Origin: a virus
IMG/VR virus record: IMGVR_UViG_3300036715_003254
Location: 64,001-128,000 of that record
Length of the DNA stretch: 64,000 bases
Direction: 5' to 3' (one strand)
Positions 19,758 through 27,987 of the stretch are shown here, piece after piece (position 1 is the first letter of the stretch; every line of letters begins with the position of its first letter). The translations under genes and the position numbers were made by a program. Below the pieces are notes generated by a model. That model made no database searches and had not been told where the DNA came from. It was given only the letters and a program-made list of their open reading frames with translations.

Positions 19758-19838
19758 TTTATTTCCTTCCTCAAAAATTTTTCGCGTCGCGACTTGGTAT
19801 GTCACATTCCGTGAGGAATTTTACGCGATATATTTATT
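19758..19838 (-). promoter_or_regulatory. Late promoter plus structured 5' leader (copy B)
   Basis: AATAAATA at 19831-19838; three-way junction, homologous to copy A. Confidence 0.6.
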
Positions 19839-19866
19839 ATACTATAATTGAGTTTAAAGATTTATC

Positions 19867-19965
19867 AATAAATAAATTCGGCAAAGACCCCAACTAAGAC
19901 TTGGGCGCAGAACTTGTCATTCTGCTTAAAACTTTGACCCTTGACAATTATAAGGAAATATAAAA
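19867..19965 (+). promoter_or_regulatory. Late promoter and pseudoknotted leader of tail sheath gene
   Basis: AATAAATA at 19867-19874; three stems plus loop TTGTCA pairing with TGACAA. Confidence 0.55.
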
Positions 19966-21441
19966 ATGGCTACTATGCTTTCTCCTGGTGTTTATACACA
20001 CGAAATTGATATGAGCATAATTGTACCGTCAGTATCTTCTGCTACTGGTGCATTTGCTGGGTTATTTAAAAGAGGTCAAGTTGGTGTATACAAACTTGTT
20101 TCTTCTGTTGACGATTTGATATCTAATTACGGTGAACCTACAGATTCAAATTATAATGACTGGTTCCAATGCTATTCGTTCCTTCTTTACGGAAGCTCTC
20201 TTCTTGTTTCTAGAGCAATCGATAGTAATGGATCACTAGTTTCAACCACTTCAACAGTAACAGATGCTGCTGCTTCTGGTTCAAAAACTGTTTCAATAGA
20301 CCATATTACTAATTTTTCTGAAGGTGATAAAATTGTTTTTAACGGCGATAGAACTCACATCTATACAATAGACAAAGTAAATTCTTCAAGTGTTGATCTT
20401 GTAGAAACTCTTGCTACTGCTGTTGATAAGAATTCTCTTGTAGAAAAATTTGTTAAAGCTACAAACGCAGCTGTTGAAGCCAAAAAAGTAGGTGGCACTG
20501 CTCCGTATGCGCTAGCTCTTAAAAAACTTGGAATATTTGTTCCAAATTCTCAATACTTTGAAGATTTTAACGCTAGTTTTGGTGTTACCGATGCTAATAA
20601 TGTTGCTCTTCAATTTATAGCGAAAGATCCAGGCGAATTTGGTAACAATATCACTATCTCTATCGGTAATACAGCTGATTTCACTAATGGTTCTACTTCT
20701 CAAGCTCTTCCTGGAGTTCTTTTCAGTCAACTATTTGACAGATATCCTACAACTACTGAAATAGCTATCGTTATTTCTGTTGGTGGCGTTATGGTAGAGA
20801 AATTTATTGTTTCTCTTGTTCCAGGAACAAAAGACTATACAAATAGATCTACTTACATCGAAGATGTACTAAACAGACAGTCTAACTATGTGTATGTGGT
20901 TCACAACAAATTAACAACTACTGTTGCTTCTGCGCTAGCTAACGATTCTACAACTCTTAAACTTGCTTATGGTAATTCTGGTCTTCCAAATACTGATGAC
21001 ATAGAAGTAGCATATGATGTATTCTCTAATAAAGAAGAAGTTGATGTAGATATAGTTATAGCTAATGAACAAGCGCATCTTGCGGCGGCTACTCTTGCTA
21101 TGAATAGAGCTGACTGTATATGCTATGTAGGCGCAAAATATGAGAATGTAATCGGTCTTAAATCTTCAGACATTGTTGCTAAACAAATAGCATATATAAA
21201 CGATTCAAATTCGCCAATGAACCTAAACACTTCATTTGTTGCGTTCTATGATAATTACACACAATTCTATGATAAATGGAATGATAAGTTAAGATGGTGT
21301 AATGTTGCTGGTCTTATTGCTGGCGCAAGAGCTAAAACTTCTTATAACTTATCAGAGTCTGAGGCTTCTGCAGGTCTTATTAATGGCGTGCTAAAAGGTA
21401 TAACAAAGCTTTACTACAGTCCAAACTCGGGGCAAAGAGAT
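19966..21441 (+). CDS. gp18: Tail sheath protein, exon 1
   Basis: MLSPGVY..EID, GAFAG.F..G, AKDPG..GN; similarity stops at QRD. Confidence 0.9.
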
Positions 21442-21561
21442 TGGTGTGCCCGTTTAAAAAGAATAATAAATAACTGAAAGGTTATATAAAACACACAGAC
21501 CTAAAACTTCGGAACTTTTAGGTCTATTTCATAACCTTTAATTAAAATTAAAGGCACTTCA

Positions 21562-22722
21562 ATGAAACAACTTCAACAAGACATCCAAAACTATCTAAAC
21601 AAATTCGGAAACGATGCTCTTACCTCAAACGCTCTCGTTATAAAAAGAAGAAAAGACGACATTATAAATTTCACTAGTTTTCTTCCGGAAGATACAAAAA
21701 TGATGGAAAGAGTTTATATCATTTTCCACGAAATTAAATTAGAAGACCTAGCATGTAAAATATGTGGAAAGAAAAGAAAATTTCGTTCATTCGTGAAAGG
21801 CTTTAACAAAACTTGTGGAAATGGTTCTTGTAACTCAGCTTATGGTTCATTATACTCTACAGATCAAACTAAAAGAGTAGCAAAAATGAATGAAACAAAA
21901 AGTCTTCATACAGAAGAACGAAGAAAAGAAATAAGACAAAAATGTGATCAAACAAAAAGAGAAAGATACGGTGAAGATTATCGTAGATTAGAAGGATTAA
22001 AGGGTTATAAAAATGCTTTAGAAAGAGGAACTTTCTATTCTCCATTCCAAGAATGGTCTAATACAAATAATAAAGAAAAAATCAAAGAAACACATTTAAA
22101 AGCTGCAAAAACACTTAAAAGTAAAATTGATGAAAATGGATTAGATCATTATGATAGAATTCATCAGAGGAAACTAAATGATATAGATAAAAATGGATTA
22201 GATCATTACAACAGAATTCATCAGAGGAAACTGAATGATATAGATGAAAATGGACTAAATTACTATCAAAGACTACATATAAAAAGATTGAACGATATAG
22301 ACGAAAACGGACTAAATTACTATCAAAGACTACATATAAAAAGATTGAACGATATAGACGAAAACGGATTAAATTTCTACCAAAGACAAACTGAAGCACA
22401 ATATAATTCTGGAAGATTTACTAGACCAGAAGATAAAGACGATTTTCAACATTACAGATACAAAGTTTATAAATGTATGAAAAAATTCGATGAGCAGATA
22501 AAGAAGCTTCCGGATTATGATTTAAGAGGACATGCAAATAAAGCAGGTTCATACCATCTAGACCATAAATTTTCAATACACGAAGGCTTTAAAAACTGTG
22601 TTCCGCCATACATCATAGGTAATATAGCTAATCTTGAAATGATTTCTGCTAGAAACAATCTATCTAAAAATAGAGCTTGTTCGATTGATCTTGATACTTT
22701 AATAAACAACCTAGTCTGGTAA
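21562..22722 (+). CDS. Intron-encoded HNH-type homing endonuclease
   Basis: N-terminal CKIC..C...C zinc finger, central repeats, C-terminal YHLDHKFS...NLEMISARNNLSK. Confidence 0.8.
   Translation: MKQLQQDIQNYLNKFGNDALTSNALVIKRRKDDIINFTSFLPEDTKMMERVYIIFHEIKLEDLACKICGKKRKFRSFVKGFNKTCGNGSCNSAYGSLYSTDQTKRVAKMNETKSLHTEERRKEIRQKCDQTKRERYGEDYRRLEGLKGYKNALERGTFYSPFQEWSNTNNKEKIKETHLKAAKTLKSKIDENGLDHYDRIHQRKLNDIDKNGLDHYNRIHQRKLNDIDENGLNYYQRLHIKRLNDIDENGLNYYQRLHIKRLNDIDENGLNFYQRQTEAQYNSGRFTRPEDKDDFQHYRYKVYKCMKKFDEQIKKLPDYDLRGHANKAGSYHLDHKFSIHEGFKNCVPPYIIGNIANLEMISARNNLSKNRACSIDLDTLINNLVW
22123..22388 (+). repeat. 60-bp coding tandem repeat (~4.5 units)
   Basis: IDENGLNYYQRLHIKRLND / IDKNGLDHYNRIHQRKLND units. 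Confidence 0.9.
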
Positions 22723-23208
22723 AAACAGACTAGGCTTCCTAAATAGTTACATCTAATGAAACTGAAAACTAAAAGCAAATATATTCTCTTAAACCTATAT
22801 CACAAAAACAACCAAAATAAATAATCTGTGTGTTTTTATATTAAACACTTACTGTTCCGAAGGCAGTAATGTTCTTATTCTTTTTATTGTTATAAAAAGG
22901 TCTCGCCATATAGTGATATATGGAAAAATTAATCTATCTAATTGCTGGAAAATCCTTAGAGTCTATTCAACTACAAAGTAAGATGAAAATCTAAGCTTGA
23001 ATGTTTAAAAATGAATAGAATTGGACAATCAGCAGCCAAGCTACTTTAAAATGTAGAAGGTTCAACGACTAGAACGAAAGTTCGTACACTCGAGTGAGTG
23101 GAAATGGTAGACATCTAGAAATAGATGAAGATATAGTCTAATCTTATAGGAAACTATAAGCAGCAGTAAATGCGGTATTTGTGTAACGAACAAATGCGAA
23201 TATAAAAG

Positions 23209-23625
23209 CTTTTATACAAAAGTAGGGTAAACCCTGTAGTAAATTTTGTCGGACAAGGTAAAGTTATCTGGGGACAAAAAACTCTTAATGGTTATGCTAG
23301 TGCGTTTGACAGAGTTAATGTTAGATGCCTATTCAATAAACTTGAAAGAGTTATCTCTAAAATGGCTAATGCGTTCTGTTTCGCAAAAAACAACGAATTT
23401 ACAAGAGAAAGATTCAAATCAACTATTACTCCGGTTCTTGCTCAAGATCCTGGTGTAGATCAGTTCTATATCGACTTAAGTAAGAATACTCCTGAAGTAA
23501 TAGCTAGAGGCGAATTTATTGTTAATATACTTATAAAACCAGTATATACAATGGAATTCATATCTCTTGGGTTTACAGCGGTAGGAAATTCGCTCAAGTT
23601 CGAACAGGTGGTACAATCCATCTAA
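23209..23625 (+). CDS. gp18: Tail sheath protein, exon 2 (spliced product 630 aa)
   Basis: LLYKSRVNPVVNFVGQGKVIWGQKT...SAFDRVNVRCLF...NNEFTR...IKPV..MEFISL.F. Confidence 0.9.
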   Translation, partial: LLYKSRVNPVVNFVGQGKVIWGQKTLNGYASAFDRVNVRCLFNKLERVISKMANAFCFAKNNEFTRERFKSTITPVLAQDPGVDQFYIDLSKNTPEVIARGEFIVNILIKPVYTMEFISLGFTAVGNSLKFEQVVQSI

Positions 23626-23645
23626 CTATAAAAGCTATAAGTCAA

Positions 23646-24734
23646 TTAAGACTTATAGCTTTTTCTTCCTTTTACCCAACCTTTAGTTACTTCTTCTGGT
23701 AATAATGTTTTACATATTTTAAGCTTATCATTATGATACCAACTTTTTCCTAGATTGGTTTTCATTTTTTCGGGATCCATATTCACAATCCTGCCTCTTC
23801 TAAACCCTTTATTCAAAAATTCTTCTATTCTGTCTTTCTCTACCTGAAAACTATCTACACCATTTGTCATCCAAACAGTACCTAAATTATTTTGTGTCTT
23901 CCCTTTAACCCAGCCATCATTTAAATACTCTTCTAACTCTTCTTGCTTAATGGATATACTTTCTCTACCCTTCTTTATCCAAATACGCCCAAAAGCACCA
24001 CTATTTTCTCCTCTTCTTTTCTCAGCATATTTTTCTCTTTCTTCAGGAGTTAAACTTTGATAATATTTCTTTACTGCAGCTGCTCTCTTTTCTATGGTTT
24101 CTTTAGAAGGTTTATAACCTTTCAAACTTTCTGAAGTTTTTCTACCTTTTCTCTGATAACCAGTTAAACCGTCTTCGCCTACTTCAGACAGCTTTTCTTT
24201 TGTTTTTTGGATTATGAGTTCTTGAACAGACATTCCATTTTCTAAAATAGTTTCCTTCCTAGTTTTATAACCACGTCTACCACTATCCTGAGCATTAGTC
24301 AATCCATTCTCTAGAACTGTTTCCTTTCTAGTTTTCGCCGCCTTTAAAGCCGCCTTTTTATATTCACTCAAACCATTTTCATCAACAGTTTTAAATTTTT
24401 CGAAAATCTCTCTGTTAACTTTCTCAAAAAGTCTCGAATTAGTAATCTCTCCCCATCCTCTTTTTTCTGATGTGTGTTTTAGCTGCCAAAGAGCATAAAC
24501 CATTTTTCCACCAAAAATTCTAGCTAGCATTATATGAGCTATAAAATGAGCTCTGTAAGATAGATTAACACCATTCCAAGGATATAAATTAAGATTTTCA
24601 TATTCAGGAAATAACGCTCTTAGTAGTATATGATGTTTATGAGTATGAGTTTTACTTAATGTATTAAACTTCTTACAAAAGTTTATATACCTTTTCGAAA
24701 GGTTAGTGTTTGGTAGGAAGCTTTCTATGTTCAT
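23646..24734 (-). CDS. Free-standing HNH homing endonuclease
   Basis: HKHHIL...FPEY..L....WN...L..RAHFIAH; ENGL repeats; C-terminal W...G...GW.KG modules. Confidence 0.8.
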   Translation of the reverse strand: MNIESFLPNTNLSKRYINFCKKFNTLSKTHTHKHHILLRALFPEYENLNLYPWNGVNLSYRAHFIAHIMLARIFGGKMVYALWQLKHTSEKRGWGEITNSRLFEKVNREIFEKFKTVDENGLSEYKKAALKAAKTRKETVLENGLTNAQDSGRRGYKTRKETILENGMSVQELIIQKTKEKLSEVGEDGLTGYQRKGRKTSESLKGYKPSKETIEKRAAAVKKYYQSLTPEEREKYAEKRRGENSGAFGRIWIKKGRESISIKQEELEEYLNDGWVKGKTQNNLGTVWMTNGVDSFQVEKDRIEEFLNKGFRRGRIVNMDPEKMKTNLGKSWYHNDKLKICKTLLPEEVTKGWVKGRKSYKS

Positions 24735-24820
24735 TATAATTCTCCATAAATTTTTTATAGATTATTTATTAGAGAACCAACAGCAACAAACCTTTACTCT
24801 ATGAATCTTATTCCTTAAAA

Positions 24821-25447
24821 TTACTCTACAAAACTAACTATCCTAAAGATTTCAATAATTTGAAATACCCAACGATTCATATTAGATTCAGTTTGAAATT
24901 TTCCTTCTATCTGAAAGCTTCCTTCAAAGTCGCCTTTCGTAATTTTAAAAAATTTCATTCCTTCAAAAAAGAAATAATCTATCTTTATTCCTTTCTCTTC
25001 TAAAAATTTCTCTTCTAAAAGAGAATATATTTCTACTCCACCGTAAATACTATCATCCGCATTATAATGAAATTTAAATACAATTTTAAAAAGGTCTTCT
25101 TCCTCACCTCTAGATACAACAAAAGAATGTTTTTCTTCTTCCAAACACTTATTACTATTGCCTTCTTTCAAAGAGTAAAACATTTCAAGAACAACTTTTC
25201 TTAGTCCATTTATACTATTAGTAAAATCTGTAAGAGGCAAATCTTGTATTTTAGTATGGATAAAATCATATTCATCAGAACCGCTAGAAGAAATGAATTT
25301 AAAGTCTTCTGTTTCTAAGTCTTTATGAATTGCGACTTGAAATAGAATATCAAAGCAGTTATAATCAGGAGATTCTATTTCCTCTATAGGAAAATAAGCG
25401 TAGTCGAAAAGAATTGACTCCTTTTCGTTTGAATGAAATTTAAACAA
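24821..25447 (-). CDS. Hypothetical protein
   Basis: 208 aa, AAGGA RBS. Confidence 0.6.
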   Translation of the reverse strand: MFKFHSNEKESILFDYAYFPIEEIESPDYNCFDILFQVAIHKDLETEDFKFISSSGSDEYDFIHTKIQDLPLTDFTNSINGLRKVVLEMFYSLKEGNSNKCLEEEKHSFVVSRGEEEDLFKIVFKFHYNADDSIYGGVEIYSLLEEKFLEEKGIKIDYFFFEGMKFFKITKGDFEGSFQIEGKFQTESNMNRWVFQIIEIFRIVSFVE

Positions 25448-25463
25448 TATAATCCTTTAAATT

Positions 25464-26612
25464 TTAAAATGTCACAGTTCTGTAATATGAAAAAATCGAA
25501 TCATTTAATCCTGAACCAGTATCTTGAGGATTTCTACATATAGATTTTCTATTTAAATAGAAAAGAGTTTCTTTTCCTGTTTCATAATCAGTAGCAAAGT
25601 AAAGCTTATCTTTATAATTTCCTAGTATAAGTGTTGAATCACCAAATTTCTCGCTATTATAGAAAATCATATAATAGTCTTCATCAGCAAAATTGTCAAC
25701 ATAGCAGTCATAACCAGAAAGAGTACCAATATATTTTTCATCTCTTCCTGTTCCGCTTTTATCTGATGTAATAGATGATTGAATTGATGATAATAGGTAT
25801 CCAGCTACTTTAGGAGACATTATAATCTCAAAAGAAAGACCTCTATTAATTATAGAGTTAAGAGACATAATATCCAAATTAAGATTACTAAAAAGTGCGC
25901 TAGGTATATCTTGGTTAGGTGGAAGGTCATTAGAATCTAAAGCTAGTGTTGGTAAAATTGTAGAAATATCTTTTAGTGTAAAAATTATCTCTCTATCAAT
26001 TTCATCTATAACTACTTGAGAAAGGTTTTGAGCTATTTTATCTTCAAAATCAGTAGGATAAAGAAATTTTATATCTTCTAGAACTTCTCTTGTAATTTGA
26101 GTTTTGATTTTTTTACTTATAGCTGTAGTTTTAATTCTTTTTACACTTAGGTCTATTGAGTTAGGAATAGTAATTTCATTAGACTCAAAAAATCTAGAAA
26201 AGGCAAAAATAATAGATGATATATTTTTAGTAATTCTTTTTATTTTAGCCGATGAATTGTCAGAAGTTTTAATATCTTGACCTACAGACATTGAACCGTC
26301 ATAAATGTCAATAAGTATATTAAGTTTTTCAAAATATCTTACTATACCTTTTCCTGTAGAAGTAGTAAGAGTATCTCCTACTGAAATATTCAAAGATTTA
26401 TCAATCATAATAAATGAAAAATTTTGAGAGTTATTTGTTCCTTCTGGATGATGAGATGTATAGAAAGAATAGACAAAGTCTGTTGGAGTTTTCATTCTCT
26501 GAACAGAACATACATTACTTGCTAAACTATTTGAATAAATTCTTTCAAATATCTTTTTCTCTAGTGACGCAAACTCGACTAAATCTGTTGAGAGTGTACT
26601 TTCATTTATCAT
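25464..26612 (-). CDS. Divergent capsid-fold protein (gp23/gp24 paralog)
   Basis: VCSVQRMKTP, SKKIKTQITREVLEDI, EIDREII, IG.L.G...YVD. Confidence 0.7.
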   Translation of the reverse strand: MINESTLSTDLVEFASLEKKIFERIYSNSLASNVCSVQRMKTPTDFVYSFYTSHHPEGTNNSQNFSFIMIDKSLNISVGDTLTTSTGKGIVRYFEKLNILIDIYDGSMSVGQDIKTSDNSSAKIKRITKNISSIIFAFSRFFESNEITIPNSIDLSVKRIKTTAISKKIKTQITREVLEDIKFLYPTDFEDKIAQNLSQVVIDEIDREIIFTLKDISTILPTLALDSNDLPPNQDIPSALFSNLNLDIMSLNSIINRGLSFEIIMSPKVAGYLLSSIQSSITSDKSGTGRDEKYIGTLSGYDCYVDNFADEDYYMIFYNSEKFGDSTLILGNYKDKLYFATDYETGKETLFYLNRKSICRNPQDTGSGLNDSIFSYYRTVTF

Positions 26613-26613
26613 A

Positions 26614-27888
26614 TCATATTACCTGCTTAACTTGTGAGTAATCTACTGTAAATCTACAAAAGAAGTCAGAATCATTTAGACCTGTTCCTTCGTCAAAAGG
26701 ATTTCTTCCGAAAGCATATCTATAAAATACAACAAGGTTTTCTTCGCCTGTTTCAGGATTAGTTGCTGTAGTAATAGTAAGATTATAAGGGGAGAAAATC
26801 AAACCTGAATCAGTTTTAAATTTACCAGCATTAAATCCAACAATAACTTCTTCATCATCTTGATAGTTACTTTTTATAATATCGATATATCCGAGAGCTT
26901 TACCTATATAATCTGTGTCTGTAACTACATTTTCTTGTTCAGTTTTACCACCTTTTGATAGGTCAAGAGCACCAGAAGCTGAAAGAGCAGCAACAGTTCT
27001 ATGTGAAGCAATAGCGAAGCCAACAATATTTCTTCCTGTTCTTTTAGAAATATCAGCAAGCTCTTTTACTATTTTGGTGTATATAATCGTGTAAGCGTAA
27101 ATCAAATCTGTAGAACCATCTCTATCACTTACAACAAGATCTCCGCCTTCTCTTGCTATTGCTCTAAGATAATCAAACAACTCTTGCTCAACTTCGTTGT
27201 TTATTTCTTCTGCTAGAGTTTTAGCTATAATCTCTACAGCATTTTCCATTCCAAATTGAGCTTGAATATCTTTTATAACTTCTCTAGTTAAAACGGATTT
27301 AATCTTTCTAGTTTGAGTAGTAAGAGTAAGAGCTCTAATAGAATGATTAATTTCTCTAGGAACAAGTTTTTCACCATCAGAAGTAAGGAATGGACCAGAA
27401 TAAGTATTGAATACCTTTTTAATAGCTATTCTTGAAGAGAAAACATCTTTTACTGTTTCTTTGTTATTTCCGTCAGTAATACTATCTCCAACAGCAAATG
27501 TTTCTCCTGGAACATCAAACTCAAGAAGAACTTTATTCAACTCAACAAATCTTACTGTTGCTATTTCAGGATTATTACCATCTTTTTTTATTCTAGCTCC
27601 AACAGTCCAAGGACAAGTAGAGGTCAATTTGATGACTTTAGTGTTATTCTCTTTAGCAGTTTTAGAATTTCCTGCGTAGTTCGCCGTTTGAACATAAACT
27701 TTGCCTATTGGGCCATCAAGAGGAACTATTGATGAAATTTTGTCAAGTATAGAATTGTTATAGGTATATTGAATTACCTTATCAAGTAGTTGTTCTTGAA
27801 AGGAAATATCTCCAACTGATGATTCGCTCAGCTGTATAGCCTTCTTTGAATTCTCTAAGACCTTACTGGCTGTTATTTCATTATTCAT
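26614..27888 (-). CDS. Capsid-fold protein (gp23/gp24 paralog); start revised to 27888
   Basis: VPLDGP.G, TRKIKS.LTRE..DI, LAEEI..E, DSGLIFSPY, RYAFGRNPF. Confidence 0.8.
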   Translation of the reverse strand: MNNEITASKVLENSKKAIQLSESSVGDISFQEQLLDKVIQYTYNNSILDKISSIVPLDGPIGKVYVQTANYAGNSKTAKENNTKVIKLTSTCPWTVGARIKKDGNNPEIATVRFVELNKVLLEFDVPGETFAVGDSITDGNNKETVKDVFSSRIAIKKVFNTYSGPFLTSDGEKLVPREINHSIRALTLTTQTRKIKSVLTREVIKDIQAQFGMENAVEIIAKTLAEEINNEVEQELFDYLRAIAREGGDLVVSDRDGSTDLIYAYTIIYTKIVKELADISKRTGRNIVGFAIASHRTVAALSASGALDLSKGGKTEQENVVTDTDYIGKALGYIDIIKSNYQDDEEVIVGFNAGKFKTDSGLIFSPYNLTITTATNPETGEENLVVFYRYAFGRNPFDEGTGLNDSDFFCRFTVDYSQVKQVI

Positions 27889-27987
27889 TAAACAGAACCT
27901 CTTTTTTATTTTGTACAATTCAAATCTTTACTATTTATTTGTAAGATAATCATAAACAGATATAATTATCTATAGTCCAAACTACTT

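Larger units (their letters stand above)
21442..23208 (+). ncRNA. Group I intron (IA2-like, 1767 nt) in tail sheath gene
   Basis: Exon ends in U, intron ends in G. P AATTGCTGGAAA 22940, Q AATCAGCAG 23027, R TTCAACGACTA 23061, S AAGATATAGTCT 23128. IGS ATAAAAAGGTCTC at 22892-22904. Splicing restores QRD-LLYKSRVNPV. Confidence 0.92.

Noticed and set aside
19880-19950. c-di-GMP-I riboswitch (GGCAAA) or pistol ribozyme
   Set aside because: It lacks the GNRA tetraloop/GACGCAAA layout and the pistol element order. Kept only as an unknown motif.
22123-22388. 60-bp periodic repeats (also 2685-2822) as a CRISPR array
   Set aside because: No unique spacers; the units are in-frame protein repeats.
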